The translations under genes and the position numbers were made by a program. A stretch of DNA of 63,302 bases, the filler included, from Globobulimina sp. (lineage: Eukaryota): NCBI GenBank assembly GCA_003354225.1. It is 40 parts of 40 records of this genome, joined end to end, with 100 filler letters (N's around TTAATTAATTAA, not from the genome) between each part and the next. Parts side by side here need not be neighbours in the genome. Positions count along the whole stretch, not along the records: positions 1 to 1,486 come from PIVH01015918.1; positions 1,587 to 3,072 come from PIVH01015919.1; positions 3,173 to 4,658 come from PIVH01015920.1; positions 4,759 to 6,244 come from PIVH01015921.1; positions 6,345 to 7,830 come from PIVH01015922.1; positions 7,931 to 9,416 come from PIVH01015923.1; positions 9,517 to 11,002 come from PIVH01015924.1; positions 11,103 to 12,588 come from PIVH01015925.1; 32 more parts are not named here. One strand, written 5' to 3'. This document shows, in pieces, positions 1-12,022 of the stretch (position 1 is its first letter; each line of letters begins with the position of its first letter). Below the pieces are notes generated by a model. It was not told where the DNA came from. It made no database searches and was given only the letters and a program-made list of their open reading frames with translations.

Positions 1-14
1 CAAATAGTGGGAAT

Positions 15-785
15 ATGACGATGTCATTTAGTAAAAATTGGGCGGCAGAAATTTTAATTGAACATATATTAAAAGAAGTGATTGAAAATGCAATATTTGG
101 ATACACATTTTTTAGTAATATTATTAAATATGTCCGAGAAGAGAGAGGAGATAAAAACAACAATGATGATGATATTACAATATTGAAGTCTTTGTCAGCT
201 GAAAGATTTTTAGTTTGTAATGAATATGATAATAAAGTGCCCACAGAACTTTATATGAAAAAGGAATATAAAATGCCAGGCCATTTTTCACAAATTAAAT
301 ATACAGATTTTCGGATACAATTTCTAGCAAAGAATGATCCATTGCTCATGGCTTTTAATTCGAATTCAAAAAATAAAAATATTGAAAGCAAAAATGATGA
401 AATGGAGGTGGATTCTGATAAAATTGAACAACAAACTAAAGCGTTATGGGTTTATTTTAAAAAATATAATCCGAGTGCATATAATGCGGGTAATGCTAAA
501 CTATATCAAAGGATTCGAATTGTTTTACAAAATGGAGAATGTCTGAAAGATGTCATTATGAAATATTTAAAACAATATTTAAAAATATCAAACGTATCAC
601 CATCATCAGTGGACAATGATATATTATTTGAACAAATTCTTGAAACGCATAAATTTTTTCTAAAAGGTGCAGGAAATTCGATTCCAGTTTTAAAGAAAGC
701 TCATTTAGAACTTACTACAATATTTGACTCGTTATCACCGAAAATGTATTTGATTATTCAGGTGCCATCGGCGATAAACCATTGA
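15..785 (+). CDS. Hypothetical protein fragment
   Basis: 256-aa AT-rich ORF with no recognisable motif; probably 5'-partial. Confidence 0.5.
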   Translation: MTMSFSKNWAAEILIEHILKEVIENAIFGYTFFSNIIKYVREERGDKNNNDDDITILKSLSAERFLVCNEYDNKVPTELYMKKEYKMPGHFSQIKYTDFRIQFLAKNDPLLMAFNSNSKNKNIESKNDEMEVDSDKIEQQTKALWVYFKKYNPSAYNAGNAKLYQRIRIVLQNGECLKDVIMKYLKQYLKISNVSPSSVDNDILFEQILETHKFFLKGAGNSIPVLKKAHLELTTIFDSLSPKMYLIIQVPSAINH

Positions 786-1003
786 CTATTATTAGTATTG
801 GTTGATATTGATATTGACAGTTATTTTTAGACAGCAAAATACTTTATATTTATTATTTACTGATGGCATTCTGTTTTTCTTAAAAAAAAACTTGAGCTAC
901 CTAAGGAAAAAAGGCATCTCTCCCTGGCCATCCCTCTCAGTTTAATAAATCCAAAACACATCAAAAAAGTGAATCAACGTTCAAAGCAAACACACAGAAC
1001 AAC

Positions 1004-1486
1004 ATGAACGCCGACACAGAACATAGTCCACCACCACAAATAACCGCTGATACGTTAAAAAAGATCATGTGGTTATACCGTACGCGCACATGTCCATTAA
1101 ACAAACGTGGCCAATGCAATTATGGCGTCCATTGCTTTGATTCGCACGAACCGCAGCCCGAACGCCGTGCGCCAAAACAAAACGAGTACAACGACTGGCA
1201 TCCATCCACTATGAAATGCACGTCCTCCGCCGACGAATCATGCAAATACGGGCGAGCCTGCTATTTTGCACACAATGATTTCGAGGTGAATTACCACCCC
1301 ACAATGTACAAAACCAACCTCTGTTTACAATTTGAAAAGGACGGATACTGCGGCCTCGGAATGATCTGCCACAGTTATCATTATCCCGCAGAACAACGCA
1401 AGATAGAGAAAGGAGCCTTGTCCACCGACTCCAAAACGGATGGAGTCAGCCGGAAAGCGCCGCCACCGCAGGAGTTCAGACGTTGG
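1004..1486 (+). CDS. Unkempt-like tandem CCCH zinc-finger protein (3'-partial)
   Basis: YRTRTC..C.YG..CF..H, RR.P, C..G..CYFAHN.FE..YHP..YKT.LC..C..G..C..YH. Confidence 0.85.
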
Positions 1487-1586
1487 NNNNNNNNNNNNNN
1501 NNNNNNNNNNNNNNNNNNNNNNNNNNNNNNTTAATTAATTAANNNNNNNNNNNNNNNNNNNNNNNNNNNNNNNNNNNNNNNNNNNN
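1487..1586. other. Artificial contig-joining spacer (N44-TTAATTAATTAA-N44); first of 39 identical spacers
   Basis: Identical 100-nt block recurring every 1584-1586 nt; TTAATTAATTAA gives stops in all six frames; contigs are size-sorted. Confidence 0.99.
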
Positions 1587-2080
1587 TTTTTAATTAATTC
1601 ATCTTAATTACAAGTGTTATGAAACCCGCTGTGTATATTGCAAAATCAATATATGAATTGAAAAAAATAGAAACATTAATTAAAAGAAATCGTTTAATGG
1701 TTTGGGATCAAGATCTTTTACATTTGAATGGACCACAATATACTTTGAGAAACGAATTGGTCAAACAACACCACTCTGTAGTTACTGAACACTTTGTAGA
1801 ATAGTTCTATTAATAGTATTTTATGACTGCACTTCATAATGCGATCTGATTGGTGCGGACCCACTAAATCGGACTAATGCTGTAAGGGTTTTTATAACCA
1901 CTGCGCGCGGACTCAAAAGTGCGCCCTTAAAATGTAAACTATGTTGAAAAATATGAGTGCGAGATCCATATATGGTACGCAATTTAATTTTCGGTTCGAC
2001 TCAAAAATTAAATTAAAACTAAAGTTTTTTCGTTCTAAAATGTATGCATACAATATAATATAATTAATAATTGTTAGAAT

Positions 2081-2830
2081 ATGGGTAATGGACAATCCAA
2101 AGAATATGTGTACATTTTTGGCGGGGAATTTATATCATCAACAATTGCATATCATATAATATTTTGGAAATTATTTGCTTACTTTCAAATCAAAAAAAAA
2201 GAAAAACCATTAGATTGCTTACGTCTATCAACAAATATAATATCAACTTTGAATTCAGTAATATCAGTTTCTACATTATTTGATTTCTTTGCATTTAAAA
2301 GATGGAAAAAACCAACAATTGATGAACCAAAATTAGCCGGGCATGTTCTAGCTTTTGTTAATGGATATTTCGTGGCTGATTTATTTGCACATTTAACATG
2401 TTATTCTCTGTATACATCCTCTGAAATGCCAAGAAAATGGGTGGACGTTATAGCACATCATATATCAGGTTTATTATGGTGGTTTATTTGTGAATGGCCA
2501 CAATTTATTTGGGGGTGGAATGCATATTCACTGGCTTATGGTGTTGAAGTATCGACATTATTTCTCAATATGCAGGAGCTTGCAAAATATTTAAAAAAAA
2601 ATAAAATTAGAAAGTATTCACAAATATTATTTGTAATCACTTGGTTTTTAATTAGAATGCCAATTTGTGTTTATCTTGTTTGCTGGATATTTTATTATTG
2701 GAAAAAAATTGGTGATGATTTACCATTGCGAGCTGTAATATTTTGGAGATTATTACCATGGACATTATTTTTATTACAGATAATATGGAGCATTAAAATT
2801 ATTAAAAAAGTATTAAAGGCAATAAAATAA
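2081..2830 (+). CDS. TLC (TRAM/LAG1/CLN8) domain membrane protein, TMEM56/TLCD4-like
   Basis: GYFVADL, AHH, EVSTLFLN and F+ITWFLIR motifs; multiple hydrophobic helices; complete ORF. Confidence 0.85.
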   Translation: MGNGQSKEYVYIFGGEFISSTIAYHIIFWKLFAYFQIKKKEKPLDCLRLSTNIISTLNSVISVSTLFDFFAFKRWKKPTIDEPKLAGHVLAFVNGYFVADLFAHLTCYSLYTSSEMPRKWVDVIAHHISGLLWWFICEWPQFIWGWNAYSLAYGVEVSTLFLNMQELAKYLKKNKIRKYSQILFVITWFLIRMPICVYLVCWIFYYWKKIGDDLPLRAVIFWRLLPWTLFLLQIIWSIKIIKKVLKAIK

Positions 2831-2986
2831 TTGTAACCACCAAAAATAATTATAATTTATAATTTATACTTATAATTGACAAAAAAAATAACTTGTTGTT
2901 ATAAAACCTGAAAATGTAATTATAATAATAATTTATGTAAAAACAATAATTTTATCTCCATTCATACAGTAAACAAATGATGCCAT

Positions 2987-3072
2987 CGCAAAGAAAAGAA
3001 ACCATTAACAATTTTTTTAATATTACCAGTTCAAAGAGTACCTCGCTATATTTTATTATTGCAAAATTTAAA
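2987..3072 (+). CDS. RhoGEF (DH domain) internal fragment
   Basis: Hand translation RKEKKPLTIFLILPVQRVPRYILLLQNL matches the DH conserved region 3; not in the ORF track. Confidence 0.7.
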
Positions 3073-3172
3073 NNNNNNNNNNNNNNNNNNNNNNNNNNNN
3101 NNNNNNNNNNNNNNNNTTAATTAATTAANNNNNNNNNNNNNNNNNNNNNNNNNNNNNNNNNNNNNNNNNNNN

Positions 3173-3450
3173 GATGATGAATTGAGACAGATTTTATGTA
3201 TTTTGATTGGAGCGTCATGGAATGCATCACAGAATCTATCATCATCAAAAACGATCATTGTTATTGGTGTTTTATCGCATAGTATTTGTTTTTGATTTGA
3301 GTCATCAATGAAATATGTTTTAACGAAATATTTATTAATAGTTTCACTTTGTATGTTGTTTAGATCGTCCAATTCATCCAACTTTGTCGCTGCAATCAAT
3401 TCTTCCTCCTTTTTCACAGCACGATGAGCAATCAGAGAAGAATCGTCCAT
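3173..3450 (-). CDS. Hypothetical protein (3'-partial)
   Basis: ATG-initiated ORF running into the spacer. Confidence 0.4.
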
Positions 3451-3631
3451 AGTTTGAATTGTTATTTATTTTAAATAAAGTCGAAAAGTTTTTGTGTTTT
3501 ATTAGTTTTGCTTCGAAACTATAGGAGCTAAGGAATATAATTGAATATAACTTATATAATGTAGCAGAATTATAACAAAAAACATTATCACATATTTTAC
3601 GATAGATAAAACAGTCAATTATCAATTCTTA

Positions 3632-4658
3632 TTATCTATGAGGATCCCATATCCACAGCGGAGCAGCCCACTTTTCTCCTTTAATAATTGGTCGTCCCGC
3701 ATGTATCGATCCGATGTCAGCATTACCATCTTCCAACAAACTATAAAAGGCCACAGCATCGCCTCTCTTTGGAAACGCCTTCAACTTAACACTCCTAAAC
3801 TCAGTTTCTCCGCCTTCTTCCACCTCATTCAAATACATCAAAAAGGTCAAATATCTCGTATTTGGAGAAGTTGTCCCATAATCAGGATGATCATAAAACT
3901 GTTGGCCAACTTCATAACTGCAGTTAAAAAAAAATCTTACATTCATTATAATAGCCAGTTATATCAAAAAAAAAGTTACATTCCAACAGCAATTATATTG
4001 AACGTAGGACCGATATCGCTGAAGGTATTTAACTGCAAAACTTGCAACTCTTCACATCCCACATTATTCCACAAATGCGCTTCATCGATATTCATGATAT
4101 CAGCAATCCGCCTATGTATTTGGTCAATAATCTCGGACTCTTTCCTGGACACAAAGGTCGAGGTTGACGTCCGAGTATAACTCACTTCGATATCAGCACC
4201 TTGCCCAATAGTGGACCTCTTCAATTTTGGCATTGCTAAATCTATAATATGTTGGCATTCAAAGTCAGACAATACGTTTTTTATAGACAGCACTTTGGGA
4301 GAAACGCATAAAACTTCCACCTCAAACTGCATCGGCTCATTATCTTTACATTTGACAATATCCGCTTCCTCCGTCGACTCTGGATAACAATGATAATATG
4401 CATAATTTGACTCGACTTTAAATATTTGCCCAACTTCAGTGACTGGATAGATATACATTTTCGTAGGTTCTCTCGGATAAAATGCTACCCATTCTTGGCC
4501 TGTCTTGTTTCTGTATTGCTGTTTGAATTCGCGCTCTTGTTTTATTGCTTCGGTTTCCAAACGCATTTGTTCTGCGGGAGCATGCAATACGTATTTGTTG
4601 ACAGTGGGGGTCATGGTAAAAGTAACTAGTTTTTCATTAGTTTGCAAATCGCGAAAAT
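3632..4658 (-). CDS. Prolyl 4-hydroxylase alpha-like 2OG-Fe(II) oxygenase; intron 3918-4033; 5'-partial
   Basis: SPKV..IKN+LS..EC..II, RTSTSTF; splicing GTTAAA..CAG restores LQVLHYEVGQQF.DHPDY; R..TFLMYLN.VEEGGET.F; H.G.P+.KGEKW. Confidence 0.92.
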
Positions 4659-4758
4659 NNNNNNNNNNNNNNNNNNNNNNNNNNNNNNNNNNNNNNNNNN
4701 NNTTAATTAATTAANNNNNNNNNNNNNNNNNNNNNNNNNNNNNNNNNNNNNNNNNNNN

Positions 4759-5846
4759 CTAATAATATGCCGCGAGATTCCAATTCTTTCCATGCGGGCC
4801 GTTGCGACAGTTTCTGTTTTAGCGACAGTCCATGAACGCCATCGTCTGGAAACCCATCGTCGTCCATAGGTGGCGCGGATGGGTCATCGCTGTGCGAATA
4901 AGCATCTGTTGGTAGCTCATTACGTGTCAATTCCCACGGCGTAGCTAATTGATATCCGCCTGGCGTCAAACTACGTTTCTATGTATTTCAGATATTGCAG
5001 TTTTAGACTGATTTCAACATTCAACACAATGCAGTTCAGTTTCAAACTGCTTTGTGCAAAATGAATATTATATATTTTCAGTTTGAAATTGATTAATTAT
5101 CCAAAAAAATGTACATTTTCAGTTTCGAACTGAAAGTGGTAAAAACATACATGCGCGACATTGCCAATCATATCGTAGGAATCCGCCGGCGACAAAGTGT
5201 CAAATGAGTGAGCTGAGCGCATTTGGACACTGAGAGTTTTCTCCATTTCCAACTGCAACGTGGATTGCTGCAAGGTCTGTATTGTGGTATCTTTCTCCAC
5301 CAACAACCTCTCCAATTCCTGCAACTTTTGCTTCAACTCAACACTCTGATTCCTGACATTCTCGCTCTTACTCAGTTGCTCATCCAATTGCAGCATCACT
5401 TGCGATTTCAACTGAATCTTGCGATTCAAGTCATGGATCAATTCATTTTGCTCTTGTAACTTGTATGAAAATTCCTTTTCCCTCTCCTTAAATTTGTCGA
5501 TTTGAGCTTGCAATTTCAAATTTTTTATATAAATTTGCTTGATTTCTTTGGGATTTAGCTTCTTATTCAAACTCTTATTCTTATCATTCTTCTCTTTGTC
5601 TTTGTCCATGTGCTTATTCTCCATTTTATTATTTTGCTTTTTGTTTTCTTTTCTTTTGTTTTGTTTCCTTGTGTCATTTTGCTGCTTCTCCTCCTTCTCT
5701 TTGTCTTTGTCTTTGTCGTCGTCATCGACGCCAAATCCCATCACAGATTTCAGCGATTTGAAGGAAGGCAATATGTTGATGCTCGGCAGCGAGGCCCGGC
5801 GCTGACGGAAGCGCCCCCGGCTATAATTTGCTTCTTTTTTGTCCAA
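4759..5846 (-). CDS. Coiled-coil protein with RPEL (G-actin-binding) repeat; intron 4979-5150; partial
   Basis: GTATGT..ATAG intron joins the two ORFs in frame (AH|KRSLTP); SLKQKLSQRPAWKELESRGIL is an RPEL motif. Confidence 0.75.
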
Positions 5847-6466
5847 ATCGTCTAAATTTAAAAGTATATTATTACTCGCATTGGTTAGCTGTTTGTTGTT
5901 GGGTTTGGAGGGCGGAACCGGTGGCGGTGGCTGTCGTGGAATGGGCCGCGGCGAGGCTGAGTTCTGTGTATTGTATATTAATATATGTGCAATGAGTTTG
6001 AGACTGAAAAAATATGTGCTTTTGGAGTGATTTCAACAAAAATATGGTGCGAAATTGCGCTTTGTGTGAGGTGGTTGATCGTGAAGCGATTTTGCGGCAA
6101 TATAATATATAAAACGAACCTGGGAATTTAAGTGTGGCATAGGTTCATTTTGTATATTGATATTTTGTTCAAGTTGGACAAGCAAAGCATTATTGGCTTC
6201 AGATTCATATTTCTCAGCTTCTAATTTGTTTTTGTATGCAATGANNNNNNNNNNNNNNNNNNNNNNNNNNNNNNNNNNNNNNNNNNNNTTAATTAATTAA
6301 NNNNNNNNNNNNNNNNNNNNNNNNNNNNNNNNNNNNNNNNNNNNATCAATATATGTTGTATCTGTATCAGGTTCTTTACGTACACTGGATGTCATAATTT
6401 GTATATAAATGTTACTGAAAGAATTTTTAAAGAAAGTTTTAATATTAATTTTCCAGTCGAATACAA

Positions 6467-7675
6467 ATGCATTTATTATTCCCATTGTTATTAATTTGTA
6501 ATGTTATGTCAATTCCTCCTATATTCGATAAGCCCGATACGTTATATTTCAATCCATTGAACATATCATCCATTGAAATGACATTATATGATGCAATCTC
6601 AACTTGTAATCTTCAATTATCATTCACATTTTCTGCAGGAAGCAAACCAATATCATCACAAATAGTTTTCAACAACAACAAAATCCGCACATATAGCACA
6701 TCACAGTATCAATCGAGGTTACATATTGAAAACAATCCGTTTCTAAAAACAGTCACATTTAAAATCAACAACACAACAATATACACATACCCATACAATG
6801 CATCCTTCGACACAAACCAATCCATCATTATTCACATTGAAATCCATAACAGACACAGCCACCAAAATAATATGTCACTTTCCAATCAAATAAACCCGAA
6901 CCAAATTACTTTGCGTTACGCTCCTCCATCATATTTAAACGCAGAGCATAACATAGCTGACGGCGACACTTTTTATGGATTTCCTCAAATTATTCCATAT
7001 CACATATTATATGACAACCAAGCAACTGATGAGCACAAACAAGAAATAATTGACACATTGGGTCATGCAATAGTTTATGTATTCGATATGAATGGATTTG
7101 GCCCTCAGCACGGAAACATGGCATTTGGTGAGACTCCGCAAGCAGTTATTTATAATTACGCAGGTGATATGGTTGTGGAATGGGCGCAGGCATTCTATGA
7201 AGATGATAAGGCCACAGTTACCAACTTGACAAATTCTGTGCAATTTGAGAAAGCCATCAATGAATATTTCATGCCATCAGCAGTTACTGTCATTGTGCTA
7301 AGTAACGACATTGATTTTCGTTATCTTTGGACAGAAGGAGACTCGGTAGGAATTGTGTTGGTTGTTATTGTGGTTATATTTGTGTTGGGTGCAATTGTGT
7401 GCGCCGGAGCTTGTTTACATTGTAGGAAACGTAGAGATAATTTTGAAATTACGTTACCAAAATCAAAGGCACACAAACAAAGAGTTTTAGAGCAACAAAG
7501 GAGAAAAGCTGAAAAGGGTGAGACAAGAAGGGAAATTATTGCTGATTATAAAAGTAAGTTCAAAATATTCAAATATAAAGCTCTACGGGATACCATTGAT
7601 GATGATGGAACAAATGAAGTTGAGGTTGTCATTCAAACGGAAGCTAATATTAATGATGAAAAGACAGAAAAATAA
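6467..7675 (+). CDS. Type I membrane protein of unknown function
   Basis: N-terminal signal peptide, one long hydrophobic helix, basic cytoplasmic tail; complete 402-aa ORF. Confidence 0.75.
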   Translation: MHLLFPLLLICNVMSIPPIFDKPDTLYFNPLNISSIEMTLYDAISTCNLQLSFTFSAGSKPISSQIVFNNNKIRTYSTSQYQSRLHIENNPFLKTVTFKINNTTIYTYPYNASFDTNQSIIIHIEIHNRHSHQNNMSLSNQINPNQITLRYAPPSYLNAEHNIADGDTFYGFPQIIPYHILYDNQATDEHKQEIIDTLGHAIVYVFDMNGFGPQHGNMAFGETPQAVIYNYAGDMVVEWAQAFYEDDKATVTNLTNSVQFEKAINEYFMPSAVTVIVLSNDIDFRYLWTEGDSVGIVLVVIVVIFVLGAIVCAGACLHCRKRRDNFEITLPKSKAHKQRVLEQQRRKAEKGETRREIIADYKSKFKIFKYKALRDTIDDDGTNEVEVVIQTEANINDEKTEK

Positions 7676-8075
7676 GGGTACAGAATTTAGATAAAAACAG
7701 ATCCAAAAACTGTTATTTTCAAACAAAGTTTTCTGTGAAGTCGATCAATTGTGAGCTAGTCATCCAAGATGCAATTCCTTATTGCTCTCTCAATTTGTAT
7801 AATTGGTTGTTACTCTCAATTACAACCATCNNNNNNNNNNNNNNNNNNNNNNNNNNNNNNNNNNNNNNNNNNNNTTAATTAATTAANNNNNNNNNNNNNN
7901 NNNNNNNNNNNNNNNNNNNNNNNNNNNNNNCATTTATATTGTTATTGAAAAAAGAAAGATTGAGGTGTTGTTATATAAAAAGTCTATAGATTGCTGGTGA
8001 CAGTATTTTGCAGATAGCGGATCGACTGTCAATGTATAGACTTTATACATAAATTAAAGTAAATTTATACAAAAC

Positions 8076-8936
8076 ATGCTGCAGCAATTTGAGGACAAGT
8101 TTGGCGATGAATTTTGGTCTCATTTAATGTTTGTGATTAATTTTTGGAATGAAAGAGATGAAATTGGTTGGGATGACTGGAAAATTGATTTTATTGCGAA
8201 AATACGGCAATATTTTAAATTGGAGGATAACCATAAATATCCATTGAATATTGTTGGTTTAAATAATTATGGTTCATATCGTCTGGAGATTGAAAGTGGT
8301 TTAATACCAAATATTCCCTCTGTGAGGTTGGATTGTGATGATTTTAAATCGCCATTAGAAAGTTTAAAGAATGAGACACGTAAATTGTATCATAAAATGC
8401 AATGGTTATTGAATGATAGAATTGAGAGACGACAAAGATTAAGTCATAAATGTTTTGAATTAAAAGGCATTATTAATAGTTTTAAATGGTTTAGTAATTA
8501 TAATAAAATGTATATGGATGGACAAAATGAGAAAATTGGTGGATATAATGACGTACTACACAGTGGTTGTCAGAATATTGTAAATTCGGAGATTGATGGA
8601 ATTGAAAATGAATTGGTTGATAAAGACATATTAAATGAAGAACATGTGAAAGATTTGGTATATTTAGAAAGTGAAAGTATTGATTATAATAATTTCTTAT
8701 TGCATAAGTTGAGTTACTTAACAGATTCAAACAGTCAGTATGTGGTAAACTGCATCAATCAAACTATGAAATGGATTGTTAATCGACAATTATTTGTAAA
8801 AAAAGACCACACGAAAAAGCTATTCGATTGGAAGCAACTTTGTCAGATACAAGATGTGAATGTATCATGTTGTCGTAATATTGATATTGTTGAAAATAAC
8901 TATATCATTGATGACGGACTTAGATTTATCCTATAA
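8076..8936 (+). CDS. AIG1/Toc34-like GTPase C-terminal part plus coiled coil (fragment)
   Basis: ML..F...FG.EFW.H+.FV+..W resembles the post-G3 segment of AIG1-type GTPases; P-loop not present. Confidence 0.45.
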   Translation: MLQQFEDKFGDEFWSHLMFVINFWNERDEIGWDDWKIDFIAKIRQYFKLEDNHKYPLNIVGLNNYGSYRLEIESGLIPNIPSVRLDCDDFKSPLESLKNETRKLYHKMQWLLNDRIERRQRLSHKCFELKGIINSFKWFSNYNKMYMDGQNEKIGGYNDVLHSGCQNIVNSEIDGIENELVDKDILNEEHVKDLVYLESESIDYNNFLLHKLSYLTDSNSQYVVNCINQTMKWIVNRQLFVKKDHTKKLFDWKQLCQIQDVNVSCCRNIDIVENNYIIDDGLRFIL

Positions 8937-8974
8937 ACATAAAGAAGATGCATGCAATTTTTATATGAGCATTG

Positions 8975-9415
8975 TCATGTATAAATATAGTCATATACAA
9001 CTATTATAAAACAACTCACTATACATTTTTTTTGTGTACTACAAAAATCGTACCTTTTCTGTGGAGTATTATATACACAGTGATGTATTGTGTGGCTCGT
9101 TTGTTTACAGAGAAAACAACGTAGTTGGTTATAACCTCCGTTTCCTTTATTCGGTACATTTGGCTTTGCACCTTGAGGACGATAACCCATTTGTGGTCTG
9201 ATTTGACCACCATTTTGATTCTGTCCTCCGTTCCGAAAATTAGACTGAAAAGAATTGTTCTGTCTTCCGTTACCGTATCTATTCCAACTTGTATTTATTG
9301 GTCTAGACTGATTATTTTTGTTTGAACTAATCTGACTGTCAGAATTTCCCATGACAGTGATACTTGATTGTAAACGTATTTTTTCATTGATTTTCTCAAG
9401 AACATAATCTAAAGC
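8975..9415 (-). mobile_element. Gag-like zinc-knuckle fragment (LTR retrotransposon, BEL/Pao-like spacing)
   Basis: N/G/R-rich linker then CFLCKQTSHTIHHC followed by R...C...KKC; frame open to the contig end; second knuckle broken. Confidence 0.55.
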
Positions 9416-9516
9416 CNNNNNNNNNNNNNNNNNNNNNNNNNNNNNNNNNNNNNNNNNNNNTTAATTAATTAANNNNNNNNNNNNNNNNNNNNNNNNNNNN
9501 NNNNNNNNNNNNNNNN

Positions 9517-10892
9517 AGCGAGTCATAGATTGCTTTACTTGCCACATAGAATAAAATCCGCGACGGCATTTTCGACGCACTTAGTTTCTTATGCTTATCG
9601 CCTTTGATTTTGCCACTGAAAGACTCCTTATTTTGAACACATTCGCCGCGTAAATAACACTTAATTTTGTGATTTAATTTTTTGATTTTCTTACGCAATT
9701 TTTCTACGCATTCTTGCTGCGTTCGGTGATATGATAACATGTCGTTACACAATGATTTATGCGGCGAAAACAAGAAGGAAATATGCGAAGTGATGTCCTC
9801 ATCGTAGATTTGAATGAATTTATTGGGCAATAAACTGAATAATGACAGTGGATTATTATGCATCATATCATCTGTTTCGATCCACCGACTGTGCGTAGAA
9901 TATATCTCTTCGTCCAAATACGACACAGTGTCAAAGCCCAACTTTTTGAGCGTGTCAATGCTATGAAACAATTCTTTTTGTGCCAGCGTGGAATATTTAT
10001 GCTGCGTGGTTTGGAAATACGGCAAAATAGAATGACACCGACGTAATAAGACAACAATTTGTTGCTGTAAACGTTGTTTGAATTTGCGTAAAACAGCCTT
10101 TTCAATCAAATTATTACTGTCCTCAGAGTTTATTTTCTGATATTTGTCGTCGAAGAGGATGTATCCGGTTGTATTTGGTGGCGGATACAAAAAAGTTAAG
10201 ACCGGCACTATAAATGGTGGCAAATTGTTGGCGGAGAGATAGGACAATATTTTATTCTTTTCATTTGTGTTTGTGATGTGGTTGAATATCGGATGTAATA
10301 TGTCGATGATGGGAGGGATTAATTTTAATTTGATTTCTTGTAAGAAATGGAATATGGACAGCCATTGCGGATTGAAACGGGCAGAGTTTTGAAATAATAA
10401 TATGTGATGACAGGAGAGGAAGGTAAATATTAAGGATTTGAGGTAACAGGTTTCGTTTTGTTGGAGGAAGCGATGGAATTCGTATTGGGATTTTTGGGCA
10501 GATAATGTGTTGAGCAGTTTGTTTAATTCGGTCAAATCGTGATGAGATTTTAAATTGAAATAAATAATTCCTGATTCGGTGTCATCGTATATGGATAACA
10601 TCGACTGTTTTTTAATTGTGTTTTTGTGCAATTGTCAGAGTGCAAGGATGTGTTTTAATTAATTTTTAACTTTTTGTGTGCATTTATCGTTTTTTGTGGC
10701 AGATTGGAAGGTTCTAATCCATTCAAATGGATCGTAGAATGAGGTCTGATCATCGTCAATAGAGTTTGTGATATGATTAGAGATTAATTGTTTGCAAACC
10801 CAATGTTTGGAGAGGGAATGATTTGAACTTCCTATAATTGCAACACTGATGATCTGTTCATGTGAGTTGTTACTTGAATCTGGTGAAGCCAT
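9517..10892 (-). CDS. SMG8: SMG8-like nonsense-mediated decay factor; intron 10605-10670; 3'-partial
   Basis: ISVAIIG; L.F.FLSCHHILL....RF...W..+F..L..+K; VP.L.F; L+.QI..LLRRC follow the SMG8 G-fold pattern; the intron joins two ORFs in frame. Confidence 0.7.
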
Positions 10893-11257
10893 TGGCTTGT
10901 CTTGACTATTAACACTAACGTTTGCTATAAAAACACCAATTTCATTTTTACCTCCCATACCCGTACAGGAAATGAATCCAATATTTTCAGGAAATGTTGT
11001 TGNNNNNNNNNNNNNNNNNNNNNNNNNNNNNNNNNNNNNNNNNNNNTTAATTAATTAANNNNNNNNNNNNNNNNNNNNNNNNNNNNNNNNNNNNNNNNNN
11101 NNCATTCCTTACAAATTATTTCTGTCGATTCAAATATACTAAAATCAATCGCATTCTTTATTTTACTATCCATTTATTGATAGTCAACACTAAACTAATA
11201 TTGGTTTAGTTATCTTGCATTAAAAGCAGTTTTGAAGTAAGGTTTTCAAGTAGGATT

Positions 11258-12003
11258 TTAGCAGACATCAGTCCCACTAAACGATAGTGTCATTAATTTT
11301 TTTGTAGGTGCATATACGTACCATTTACGATCTTTTTTATGATTAGTAAACTTGTATTCAATCGGTCTAAACGTTTGTAAATCAATATCCTGCTCATTAT
11401 TATCCCAATTCTGAACCAAAGTGTCAACGTTTCTTTTGATATTCTCTTTACATTCTTTACTGCCAAATGTTGGTTGTTGTGATTTTAATTCCAATACAAG
11501 ATCAATATCCATCCATTTAATTTCATCAATCTCTTTTTTATCGATATGAAATTCCTTTCCATCATACAAAATACCATCATATTTCAATAAAGATATAAAA
11601 TATATCACCAGAGTTCATAAACCTAAATGGATGAAAATGTCGAAATTGCAAAATACCTTTAAATTGTGTATCTAATCCGGTTTCTTCCTTTGTTTCCCTG
11701 ATTGCAGCGTCAAATATATTTTCCAATCTATCAATGGCTCCACCTGGCAATTTCCAATGGTCATTGCGTCCATGATTCCATATTTCCTTTATGACCACAG
11801 CTTGTTTATGTTCATTGATAATAAAACAACCCGTTGCCATATATGTATGGCAATAATCCGCGTATCATATTTATTTCATGTTTTGGTAACCATTGAGTTA
11901 ACATAATATAGCCAGGCCTCGCATGATGAATACTAAAACCATTCGACAATGCAATGGCTAAATATTCTCCTGCTAATTTAATAGGAATTTTTAGGAATAC
12001 GCC
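11258..12003 (-). pseudogene. NUDT6/AtNUDT2-like Nudix hydrolase with two frameshifts (~11860, ~11600); 5'-truncated
   Basis: GVFLKIPI..A+..GF.IHHA.PGYIML..WLP; Nudix box WKLPGG.+D..E.I..AA.RE.KEETG; FRH.H. Confidence 0.85.
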
Positions 12004-12022
12004 TCATTTTTCAGACTACAGA

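Noticed and set aside
1531..1542. TTAATTAATTAA recurring at ~1585-nt period, suggesting telomeres or nanochromosome ends
   Set aside because: Always centred in N44 runs; it is a six-frame-stop linker, and the equal spacing reflects size-sorting of contigs.
3910..4040. TGCAGTTA at both ends of the P4H intron as a transposon target duplication
   Set aside because: Removing one full copy leaves the exon out of frame; the match is offset by one base and fits splice-site similarity.
11954..12022. N-terminal extension of ketopantoate reductase overlapping the Nudix gene
   Set aside because: It is the antisense of Nudix coding sequence up to the junction at ~12004, not a true overlap.
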